Counted from the stretch's first letter, positions 1-7,812 are shown. The stretch: 11,356 bases of DNA from Methanoregula sp. (GCA_039698055.1 JBDKTL010000015.1:1-11356); one strand, 5' to 3'. Program-made: numbers and translations. Notes: a model not told the origin generated them from the sequence alone.

Positions 1-1
1 C

Positions 2-94
2 CGCATCAATAACGTCACGATCTACAATGCAAAATGGGAGATTGTAAAAGCTGCCATCGCGGACTATCTGGCTCATCCAAAATACACGCTCTAA
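2..94 (+). CDS. 3' end of a gene truncated by the window edge (RINNVTIYNAKWEIVKAAIADYLAHPKYTL*), product unknown
   Basis: Open frame from base 2 to TAA at 92-94 with protein-like composition, followed immediately by an oligo-T tract. Confidence 0.7.
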   Translation, partial: RINNVTIYNAKWEIVKAAIADYLAHPKYTL

Positions 95-101
95 TTTTTT
101 T
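95..101 (+). terminator. Oligo-T archaeal-type terminator
   Basis: T run directly after the TAA at 92-94. Confidence 0.5.
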
Positions 102-219
102 CTAGATCTTGTGCGTAAGTCCTATAAAAATATCGTATCAGGTTCAACAATCAGTTTGATAAAGACATTATCTGTTACAGTACTTTGAGAGAAATTCACA
201 TTTTTTAGAAAAGAGGACT

Positions 220-246
220 CCTGATATTAATTGTCAGGGTTTTTTT
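220..246 (+). terminator. Hairpin plus T7 tract, candidate terminator of an unannotated plus-strand transcript
   Basis: CCTGA(TA) 220-226 pairs with (TG)TCAGG 232-238, followed by T7 at 240-246. Confidence 0.35.
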
Positions 247-329
247 CTGGTGGTATTGTATGGTGATCCGTTTTTATATCCTTTAAAACGGGGGGGGAAT
301 TATTTGGGATGGGGCTTTTTCCTGCCTGA

Positions 330-407
330 TTACAGAGGCGGGAGGTTTTGAACAATTGCCTGGAGGATGGCAATGATAATTTTCAGGAACAGGGTCCAGT
401 CAAACAC
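330..407 (-). CDS. Small amphipathic/hydrophobic peptide, 25 aa (MFDWTLFLKIIIAILQAIVQNLPPL), GTG start
   Basis: Perfect SD GGAGGTGA (419-412) 4 nt before GTG, TATA box TTTAAATA at 461-454, helix-like periodicity of polar residues; too short for the ORF track. Confidence 0.7.
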   Translation of the reverse strand: MFDWTLFLKIIIAILQAIVQNLPPL

Positions 408-436
408 TCACTCACCTCCTGTCATACTCTTGACCG

Positions 437-461
437 ATAGTATCACATTATACTATTTAAA
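437..461 (-). promoter_or_regulatory. TATA box (TTTAAATA, 461-454) overlapped by inverted repeat ATAGTAT-N6-ATACTAT (437-456)
   Basis: Match to archaeal TATA consensus TTTAWATA; perfect 7-bp inverted repeat between the TATA box and the expected start site. Confidence 0.5.
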
Positions 462-554
462 CAATTCCCTTTTAAAATACAATACTCCTGAAGTTGGTTT
501 TCCTTTTTTACGCACACGGGCGTATGAAAAATAGGTTATCCCGGATATCCCAAG

Positions 555-1142
555 TCACGGGAAACTGGTTGGGTAAATCCCGGATTTTTGCAGGTTCCCA
601 TAGTACGTAATTGTCTCTGTGACGGTCTTTTCCATTGAGTATGTGGATGTCGTTTCGTTGACATACCTGATATCCGTCCACCGTTCACTGGGTTCAAGGA
701 CAAGTGTTTCATTGTTGTATTTCATATGAACCGACCCATCCACAGTAAATCCCTCGATTGTCAACGCATCAAAGGAACAGGGAAGTCCGTATCCCCCACG
801 AAGAATACTGGATGATCCTGTGCCCAAACTCCCTGAGATGCTCGTGCCTTTTCCGTAGACGATCATTAGTGACTCATTGATCTCAAACGGGACTATACCT
901 GCAAGATTACCTTTTGCGGTATCGAACCGGTATGTCGGCACATCGATCATAATGTCCGGGTAACTGCCATTGATGAGCCTGCCGTCGGCATATGTCTGAT
1001 GGTCGATGAAGGCATATTCGGTGGAAGCGGGCATTCCCGCGGGAGTTTTTTGGGACTGAATACATCCGCTTATCACAATAAGCATAAAGAAAAGGGCCAG
1101 TGCAGGAAGGATAAGGCAGAAACCACCCTTACGTTTATTCAC
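555..1142 (-). CDS. Putative lipoprotein, function unknown (probable GTG start at 1142 rather than 1211)
   Basis: Basic N-terminus NKRKGG, hydrophobic stretch, lipobox-like ISG|C, then a beta-rich domain with N-x-S/T sequons. Confidence 0.75.
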   Translation of the reverse strand: MNKRKGGFCLILPALALFFMLIVISGCIQSQKTPAGMPASTEYAFIDHQTYADGRLINGSYPDIMIDVPTYRFDTAKGNLAGIVPFEINESLMIVYGKGTSISGSLGTGSSSILRGGYGLPCSFDALTIEGFTVDGSVHMKYNNETLVLEPSERWTDIRYVNETTSTYSMEKTVTETITYYGNLQKSGIYPTSFP

Positions 1143-1338
1143 CTGCAGGAATGGATCGGCAGGGTTTTTCTCTCTTATGGCCGCAATAAAAAAAAATAAC
1201 CGCAAAACCATTTTTTAACCCGAACAGGGTTTCTGCAAAACCACTGCCCTGCGTCTTTATGCCTACATTAACAGGACACAATCTTCATGAGATAGCCTGC
1301 CAACCGGTGTATCATCCATATGTTCACGGTGAACCGGC

Positions 1339-1860
1339 ATGAGTGGCATGAATCTTGAAATTTTTGATGCAATGAATGACGCCGATAAACGCCAGTATCT
1401 TGAATTCCTGCTCTGGCATTACCGGGTCGTGGATGCATTCTGGTTTATCAATATCGCAGAACAGTACAGTCAGCCCGTCGCAGAGAAGATCAACGAACTG
1501 GTATGGGGACGTGTCGCTGGCATGGCGGCAAAAGATATCGTATCCCGGTTTTCCATTACGGAAAAAGGATTGCCCGGTTTTGTCAAAGCGCTCCGTCATT
1601 TTCCGTGGGCGATGATCGTCGGGTATGATATCGACGAACGGGGCAATGAAGTTATAATCTCGGTGCCATCCTGCCCGACACAGGAAGCACGGATCCGGCG
1701 GGGGCAGGGAGAATATGTCTGCCGCGAGATGCATCGTGCAGAATTTACCGGTTTTTCGCAGGCCATCGATCCCCGGATACGGGTCGAGTGCCGGTTTGCC
1801 CCTCCGGATCCCCACCCGGATGATATGTTTTGCCAGTGGCGTTTTTTCCTGGCGCCCTAA
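1339..1860 (+). CDS. DUF6125-like protein (V4R/ATC-hydrolase-like fold, probable metal binding)
   Basis: VDAFWF...E...N..VW N-terminal motif; CPTQEAR, CREMH, C..APPDPHP....CQW.F Cys/His pattern; GGTGA RBS upstream. Confidence 0.75.
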   Translation: MSGMNLEIFDAMNDADKRQYLEFLLWHYRVVDAFWFINIAEQYSQPVAEKINELVWGRVAGMAAKDIVSRFSITEKGLPGFVKALRHFPWAMIVGYDIDERGNEVIISVPSCPTQEARIRRGQGEYVCREMHRAEFTGFSQAIDPRIRVECRFAPPDPHPDDMFCQWRFFLAP

Positions 1861-1902
1861 GAAAATAGGTGATTATGTAACGTCCACCAATTCACACGTA
1901 TC

Positions 1903-2190
1903 ATGGATTCATCACTGTTTGTTTTGCTCCCCGCACTCTATATCGTCGTTAATAGTATTGCGTTCCTTTCCTTCGCATATGACAAACACAAGACGCGGAA
2001 TAACGGGTGGCGGATTTCTGAAGGCACCTTGCTTGTCCTGGCATTTCTTGGGCCGTTTGGTGCCTATGGCGCGATGCTGATGTTCCGGCATAAAACCCGG
2101 AAGATCAAGTTTTACCTTGTGCCGCTCTTTCTCGTCCTGCATATCGTGGGGATGATCTATCTCGCCGCGATGGAATTGAACCTGATATAA
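1903..2190 (+). CDS. DUF1294 family small membrane protein
   Basis: Signature N..AF..FAYDK......WRISEGTL...AFLGPFGA..AM..FRHKTRK..F. Confidence 0.9.
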   Translation: MDSSLFVLLPALYIVVNSIAFLSFAYDKHKTRNNGWRISEGTLLVLAFLGPFGAYGAMLMFRHKTRKIKFYLVPLFLVLHIVGMIYLAAMELNLI

Positions 2191-2380
2191 TACAGACGTC
2201 TCTGGAGATCTAAAAAATTTAATTCAGGTTCGTTGATTCTGCCCAGGATATGAACCCCATAAGCCGGGTTTTAGATGAGAACTCTGGTTTTTTTATTGTT
2301 AAGTATGGCAGTTTCTCTTTAGGGGCTGTTAGATCAAACCACATCTCTTTAATACCGGCGTCTGCAATATTTTCCTTAAG

Positions 2381-2866
2381 ATGCGAACGAACAGGCACCA
2401 TTACTTCCTTGACCTTGCGCTGCGGTGTGCCCACCAAGGTACCTGCCTTCGGCGCAATTTCGGCGCTATCATTGTCGATGAATACAATACGATCGTCTCA
2501 ACCGGCTACACCGGGGCCCCCCGTAAACAGATGGATTGCACGGAACTGAACCGGTGCTGGCGAAAAGAGCATAATATCCCGTCGGGCTCCAACTACGAGC
2601 GGTGTCGGAGCGTCCATGCGGAAATGAACGCACTGCTCCAGGCGGGGAAGCAGGCGCGGGGATGTACCCTTTATCTTGCGGGTTTTGATGTCGAGACAGA
2701 AGAGCTGACCCAGATTTGGCCGTGCTTTTTGTGCTCGAAGATGATCGTGAATAGCGGGATTACCAACGTAATCATGCGGACAGCGCCAAGCGAGTACCGC
2801 GAGATGGATCCAATGGTGCTCTACCAGATGCGGAGCCGGGAATCCCTCGGGGAAGACATGCACTGA
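2381..2866 (+). CDS. dCMP deaminase (cytidine/deoxycytidylate deaminase family)
   Basis: TCLRR.FGAIIV, STGYTGAP, CRSVHAEMNAL and PCFLC zinc-binding motifs. Confidence 0.92.
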   Translation: MRTNRHHYFLDLALRCAHQGTCLRRNFGAIIVDEYNTIVSTGYTGAPRKQMDCTELNRCWRKEHNIPSGSNYERCRSVHAEMNALLQAGKQARGCTLYLAGFDVETEELTQIWPCFLCSKMIVNSGITNVIMRTAPSEYREMDPMVLYQMRSRESLGEDMH

Positions 2867-2937
2867 TGTGCATTCCCGCCTTCCCTGTTTTAGTTGCCGG
2901 CATTTGATTTCAGGAAAATTTCCCCGCTTCGATACGT

Positions 2938-3408
2938 ATGACCTTTACCTGCCGCCAGTGCGGAACCTGTTGCATGTATATGGGCGATTATATCGTGATC
3001 GAGCGCCAGATCGGCCCGTTTGAATTTTCGTGCTGCTCGGTGTCGACCGATACTCCTTTTATCGCCCGGGTTGATGAGGACAAACAGGAGATATTCTCAA
3101 ATTATTCGTTTCCGGACCAAAACCCATCTGCCTGCCGTTTTCTTCGCCCGGATGGTCCTCTTATACGGTGCACGATCCACCGGGACAGCCCCCCGCAATG
3201 CAAGTTCTACCGGTGCATCGTGATGAAGGTGTCGGATGCATCTGGTACCTTTTTAGGAACCGTAACCGGGACGCTGGCGCTGCACTCGGATGATCCCGAC
3301 CTGAGGCAAATGTGGGATGAAGCGAAGAAATGTATTCCTGAATCGTTGCCGGACTATGAGGAACGTCTCGGCTCGTATTTCGCGGAAAAGGGATACCGGG
3401 TGGAATGA
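2938..3408 (+). CDS. YkgJ family CxxCxxCC cysteine-cluster protein
   Basis: FTCRQCGTCC, ACRFL, CTIH...PPQCKFY.C motifs. Confidence 0.88.
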   Translation: MTFTCRQCGTCCMYMGDYIVIERQIGPFEFSCCSVSTDTPFIARVDEDKQEIFSNYSFPDQNPSACRFLRPDGPLIRCTIHRDSPPQCKFYRCIVMKVSDASGTFLGTVTGTLALHSDDPDLRQMWDEAKKCIPESLPDYEERLGSYFAEKGYRVE

Positions 3409-3590
3409 TCGTTTTTCACCGGCATCTTTTTGGATCTAACCCCCCGGATTCATCATCCATCGGAACAATGCTCACTTCACTCAGAAAACGACCCCAGCGA
3501 AGGAAAACGGGAGATCATGAAACGGAAACAGGATCGCCATTTTTATTTTCCTCTGGCCTATATGCAGAAGTGTAACCCGGAATCACTATC

Positions 3591-4493
3591 ATGTTTAACT
3601 ATCTCATCTGCCGGATTCTTCTGGTACTATCCTGCATCGCCCTTGCCAGTCTTGCCCTCCCCCTAGTATCGGCGGATTCACTGAACCCGACGGTCACCAC
3701 GGTATATTTTGAAAAAGACGGTGTCCCGTACCAAGAGAGTGTTTTTTTCACGGTGAATTGTTACGGGTACCGCTGTGACAATTACGATTGTTCGGCGCCC
3801 AAAATGATCGCTGGCTCCGCTGCATATGTGCCGGAGATCATCTTTTCCTATTCGGCAACCTGCCCGGGATATGGGTGCGTCATATACGAACCCTTTTACC
3901 TGAACTACCGGCATGTCGACCGGTGCGACCTGACCGGAGTTACACGCAACAGTAGTTTTCTCATTTCCCATTTCGCGGATACTCCCGTGCCGGACTGCGT
4001 CAATTTCCAGCAGTTCGAGATCGGGAGAGGGTACGATGAATACTACAACGGGACGCCAGAATACGATGAATGCGTGAATAAAACTTACCGGGAGTCAGAG
4101 ATCTGTGGCCAGTATCTTGCCGGGTGCAGCCCATCAACTGATACGGACTGCGGAAACTGGATTATAGATGATCGATACGTGAAGAAGACACCTGCCTACC
4201 GCTCCTGCATGGATACTGTCGACAAGAAAAGGAACAAGTGTTTTGCGTACCTGAAGAAAGTCGACACCGATTCAATGATCATGTGGAAGAATACTGTGTC
4301 AGGACAGGAAGAGCCGGCAATGCGAACCTGCGAACAGCATTTTATCATCCCTCCCGATGGAAATGTATCGCTTTCACCTTCAAAAAAACCGGATATCAAC
4401 CAGAGTGAACCAGTACAATCACCCTGTACCTGCAACAATCCCATTGAATATGCCTGGTGCACACTCCTGAACTTCTTTGGAATTGCCTGTTAA
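3591..4493 (+). CDS. Secreted cysteine-rich protein of unknown function
   Basis: Signal peptide ending VSA|D, 18 Cys in the mature part, Ser/Pro linker, C-terminal WCTLLNFFGIAC tail. Confidence 0.85.
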   Translation: MFNYLICRILLVLSCIALASLALPLVSADSLNPTVTTVYFEKDGVPYQESVFFTVNCYGYRCDNYDCSAPKMIAGSAAYVPEIIFSYSATCPGYGCVIYEPFYLNYRHVDRCDLTGVTRNSSFLISHFADTPVPDCVNFQQFEIGRGYDEYYNGTPEYDECVNKTYRESEICGQYLAGCSPSTDTDCGNWIIDDRYVKKTPAYRSCMDTVDKKRNKCFAYLKKVDTDSMIMWKNTVSGQEEPAMRTCEQHFIIPPDGNVSLSPSKKPDINQSEPVQSPCTCNNPIEYAWCTLLNFFGIAC

Positions 4494-4494
4494 C

Positions 4495-4839
4495 ATGCTG
4501 TATGAAACCAGATTCCTGTTAGCGCTCGTTACAACGTGGGCAATTGAGATCCCGGTATTGGTTGGGCTCATCCGGTTTCTGTTCCATCATAAAAAACTGC
4601 CATTAATACAAATCCTGTTCAGCGGCATACTTTGCACCGCACTCACCCTTCCCTACCTGTGGTTTGTCCTCCCGCCGTTTGTCGATGGGTCATACTATCC
4701 CTTTACAGGTGAGGTGCTTGTTGTCATTGTTGAAGCAGTAATCCTGAAAAGATTGCTGGGACTTGAATGGAAACAAGCAGGAACCTGTTCGCTTGTCATG
4801 AACGCGGTTTCATTTGGTGTTGGCCTGTTCATTCTTTAG
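4495..4839 (+). CDS. Small 4-TM membrane protein with Glu residues in or near the helices (probable start ATG 4495)
   Basis: Four hydrophobic segments; T..IE..V, LTLPYLW, GE..V..VE, S...N..S.G; starts 1 nt after the upstream stop. Confidence 0.85.
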   Translation: MLYETRFLLALVTTWAIEIPVLVGLIRFLFHHKKLPLIQILFSGILCTALTLPYLWFVLPPFVDGSYYPFTGEVLVVIVEAVILKRLLGLEWKQAGTCSLVMNAVSFGVGLFIL

Positions 4840-4906
4840 TCTGGATCTTATTTTCATCAAGGGATACCATCAGCAGGATTTTCTCATTCAAATACGGACG
4901 CTGATC

Positions 4907-5719
4907 ATGGATCCGCCGGAACACATCCACATCATCAGCGCTGGTGACACTATCCATAAAACCTATCCTGCCGTCATTAAGAATCTCCCGACAGTCACGC
5001 ACACGTTCATCTTTGCTGAAAAAGAGGTCTACATCAACTCGGCACGGGACGATACCAAGAAAAGAATGTGGAAGTGCGCCATCCGCGACGCGATTGATGC
5101 GGTGAATTCCATTTCCCAAAACCGGAAGATTTCCTGTGCGCTTGTCTGTATTGACTCGGCAACGTTTGACGCTATCCGGGATCCGGTGCTTGGGATATTC
5201 AGCGACTATCCGGATGCACGGTATTCATTTGATGTCTCCGCCGGGTCAAAACGCCTCTCTCTTGGCCTGTTCTCGATGTCGCTCTGGGTAGGCGGCGATT
5301 CATATTACGCATTCGGGGATTCCCCGATCCGTCGGGTTCCTGTCCCGGCATTCCCCATACTGCAACTTCCATCAAACCCCTATTACCTGATGATCCTCAC
5401 GATCCTCTTTCGTGGACTGGAAAACGGGAAGACTACGAGGACGCTGGTCCCAAGGGAGACCCTTTTTAATGAGACAAAAACCTGGCAGATACCCGCTTAC
5501 GACACGAGCGGGGGTCCGGGCCGAACCGAACTTTCCCCGGTGGCCTTTTCCTGTTTAATATCGACACTCATCGGCTGGAACCTTATCCGCGAGGAAACTG
5601 ATCCGGAAACCGGGGAGGAGAACCTGTACCAACTTACGCCGGATGGTGAACTGGCGTTATACGTGTATCTGGCCCGGTTGAAGAAGCGGGGTTTTAGGAA
5701 TGCACCGGGTCTTACGTGA
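4907..5719 (+). CDS. CARF-like Rossmann domain plus winged-helix regulator (DUF6293/Csa3-like), probable start ATG 4907
   Basis: N-terminal strand HIHIISAG, FDVSAGSK resembling the CARF [DN]xSxGxK motif, C-terminal wHTH ending L...NLI....YQLTPDGEL. Confidence 0.7.
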   Translation: MDPPEHIHIISAGDTIHKTYPAVIKNLPTVTHTFIFAEKEVYINSARDDTKKRMWKCAIRDAIDAVNSISQNRKISCALVCIDSATFDAIRDPVLGIFSDYPDARYSFDVSAGSKRLSLGLFSMSLWVGGDSYYAFGDSPIRRVPVPAFPILQLPSNPYYLMILTILFRGLENGKTTRTLVPRETLFNETKTWQIPAYDTSGGPGRTELSPVAFSCLISTLIGWNLIREETDPETGEENLYQLTPDGELALYVYLARLKKRGFRNAPGLT

Positions 5720-5818
5720 TGTACATTCGTCAAAAAAAAATAACAGGATCATATGAATAGGGCATTCTGCAAACGTCGAATGGTGTGATGACCAACGAAC
5801 CTGACAAAAAAAGAGTCT

Positions 5819-6619
5819 TTACTCCCCTTTCAGGGTCCGCTCGTCTTCTTCGATCCATTTCTCGAAATTCTGTATACCTTCCTTGATATCGTTTATCCGT
5901 CGTTCCGTTTCCGCTAACTGGGCGGTTGCCCGTGCCATCTTCTTCGGATCATCGCTGGTGGCAAGAAACCTGCGGATATGCGCTGCACTGAGCTGGAAAT
6001 TTTCAAGGGCAACGGCTGCTTTCCGGTACCGCTCAGTATTGAGTTTAAGATTCTTCTGGACGCGGGACACATTTTCTGCTTTTGGGTGTGGTTTCCCTGC
6101 GTTAAGTGTATCCCACAGGGCATCGTGAATTGTGCGGACCTTCTGGATCTGGTCAAAACTGGATTTTTTGTGTTTCGCCAGCATCTCATGCTTGTATTTC
6201 GCTAACAGTTCACTGGCAGTTTTCAGCGCCTGCCCGCGTTCAACCAGTCCATAGATATCCCGTGGCGGGGTATCGGCAGGGACCTGGGCCATTTCAACCT
6301 GTTTCATAATCTCTTCAAAATGACCACGGGATACAGATTCAAGGGTCCCGTATTCCGATTTCTGTTTCTCTTTTACTTCCCGGCACAGGGTGTTGAACTG
6401 CTTCCAGAGCAGCTCCCGGTCATCGTGGGCTAACGGTTTGAGTTCTTTGAATAACCCGGTAACCTGTTTTGCCTTATTCCAGAAATCCTGGTATTTGGTG
6501 ATGATCGGGAGGTTTGACCGGATCGGACCGGTTAATAATGACAGTTTTTTGATCTCACCTGCCAAGTGTTCTGCATTTTTATGAGCATTTACGAGCCAGG
6601 GATCATCTTCAGGTTTCAT
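5819..6619 (-). CDS. Helical/coiled-coil protein with a DUF349-like repeat
   Basis: FKELKPLAHDDRELLWKQFN resembles the DUF349 W/F..I.P......LW.RF repeat; long charged coiled coil at the C-terminus. Confidence 0.7.
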   Translation of the reverse strand: MKPEDDPWLVNAHKNAEHLAGEIKKLSLLTGPIRSNLPIITKYQDFWNKAKQVTGLFKELKPLAHDDRELLWKQFNTLCREVKEKQKSEYGTLESVSRGHFEEIMKQVEMAQVPADTPPRDIYGLVERGQALKTASELLAKYKHEMLAKHKKSSFDQIQKVRTIHDALWDTLNAGKPHPKAENVSRVQKNLKLNTERYRKAAVALENFQLSAAHIRRFLATSDDPKKMARATAQLAETERRINDIKEGIQNFEKWIEEDERTLKGE

Positions 6620-6868
6620 GGATCTTCTCTATGTTCACCGGCTATTGATCGGCTTATTTGTTTCTGCCCGGGTTTACTGCCTAAAAAGCAGTAGGGCAGG
6701 ATGTACTCAGGGAAAAATGCTTTTTTCCTCCAAAGAATTTCTCTGCGGTCCGTTTTATACGGATCCGCCAACAGAACCCGGCACTGTTCCGGAAGTACGA
6801 TGAGGTCAGTATCCACAACTCTACCACTCCAAAAAAACTATCCTCCCTCCCCGCCAAAATTTACCATA

Positions 6869-7687
6869 ATGATCCCCCAGCATGTCCCGGTTGTTCTCGT
6901 TCATGGCTGGCGTAGCCATCCTGGCATCTGGAACAGGCTTATACCACGGCTTAGTCACGAGGGGATCCCGTTCGGGAACTTCGATCACACCACCATGGAA
7001 GGTATGTCTGTCGCGGAGATTGCAACTGCATTGCAGGATTACATCTGCATGAAGCGGGAGGAAACAGGATATCAGGGCCAGATTGATATCGTCTGCCACT
7101 CGATGGGAGGAGGCATCGCCCGGTACCTGCTCGAAGTGCTGGATGGCACGGCCCGGCATGAGCAGGTACGGCAGCTCATCGCGATTGGGCCCCCAAATAA
7201 CGGGTCTGCCATGGCAGAACTCTTCAACCATCCGGTCCATGGCCCAAAAATCATTGCCCGTCTTACCAATGTATTTGTCCCCGAGGGATACAACCCGGCC
7301 GACGATATCATTGTGCAGGAATTCCGGCCGGGGAGCACGACCATGAGGTCACTTGCGGCGGCAGGAACCCGCAGGGATATCAGGTACCAGTTGATTCTTG
7401 CCGCAAACCCGTCAGCCGCGCCCGGATTTTTCCCGTGCTTTGAAGGCAGAACCTGGGAATCTGACGGTAATGGCAGCTGGCACCAGACCTGTGCGGGAGA
7501 CGGTATTGTTCCGCATTCGGAATCGGTCATTCCCGGTGCGGCTGTAGAAATCGTCCCTGCCGACCCCGCAGTACTCAGTTCATGTGGTGACCAGTACTGC
7601 CATATCAAACTGCCACGGAGTCCTGAAGTCGTGGACCGGGTGATGGATTTCCTGTTTAATTTTTCCAACTGCTCTTCTCAAATGTAA
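6869..7687 (+). CDS. Alpha/beta hydrolase (lipase/esterase-like), probable start ATG 6869
   Basis: PVVLVHGW oxyanion motif, CHSMGG nucleophile elbow, PPNNGS, DGIVP catalytic Asp, YCH catalytic His; no signal peptide. Confidence 0.9.
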   Translation: MIPQHVPVVLVHGWRSHPGIWNRLIPRLSHEGIPFGNFDHTTMEGMSVAEIATALQDYICMKREETGYQGQIDIVCHSMGGGIARYLLEVLDGTARHEQVRQLIAIGPPNNGSAMAELFNHPVHGPKIIARLTNVFVPEGYNPADDIIVQEFRPGSTTMRSLAAAGTRRDIRYQLILAANPSAAPGFFPCFEGRTWESDGNGSWHQTCAGDGIVPHSESVIPGAAVEIVPADPAVLSSCGDQYCHIKLPRSPEVVDRVMDFLFNFSNCSSQM

Positions 7688-7812
7688 TCGATGTTTATCG
7701 TTATATCCCCCGCGTCCCGGTGTGCCAGGTCTTTTCGGGGCTAAAAACCGGTCACAGAAAAAGCCAATAACCAGCAGGCGCAAGATAATAAAGAACTTTT
7801 TAAAGGTGAACT

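Noticed and set aside
213-222. GAGGACTCCT, inverted copy at 11006-11015
   Set aside because: A 10-bp match is expected by chance in 11 kb and does not extend
285-297. AAAACGGGGGGGG, identical to 11224-11236
   Set aside because: Low-complexity 13-mer with no flanking similarity
408-410. In-frame TGA read as selenocysteine to give a 31-aa peptide
   Set aside because: No SECIS recognised, the SD is ideally placed for the downstream GTG, and Methanomicrobiales are not known to use Sec
1324-1815. 163-aa minus-strand ORF
   Set aside because: Antisense shadow of the DUF6125-like gene
2219-2437. 72-aa minus-strand ORF
   Set aside because: Overlaps the dCMP deaminase start head-to-head; no RBS or recognisable motif
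2381-2866. Deaminase as an anti-phage dCTP-depleting enzyme
   Set aside because: Short single-domain dCMP deaminase lacking the N-terminal kinase-like domain of defensive dCTP deaminases
2322-3445. Imperfect inverted repeats GGGGCTGTTAGATC (2322-2335) and GATCTAACCCCCC (3433-3445) flanking the dCMP deaminase and YkgJ genes, with an IS-end-like look
   Set aside because: Only an 8-bp exact core, no target-site duplication and no transposase inside; compatible with chance
6701-6868. N-terminal extension of the hydrolase in the ORF track, and similar extensions at 4814-4906, 8908-8985 and 1143-1211
   Set aside because: The extensions run through promoter or intergenic sequence or overlap neighbours; the recognisable domains start at the later start codons
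7072-7668. 198-aa minus-strand ORF, and likewise 6821..7240, 7800..8201, 8318..8653, 2498..2863 and the other short overlapping ORFs
   Set aside because: Antisense or alternate-frame shadows of well-supported genes, with atypical composition
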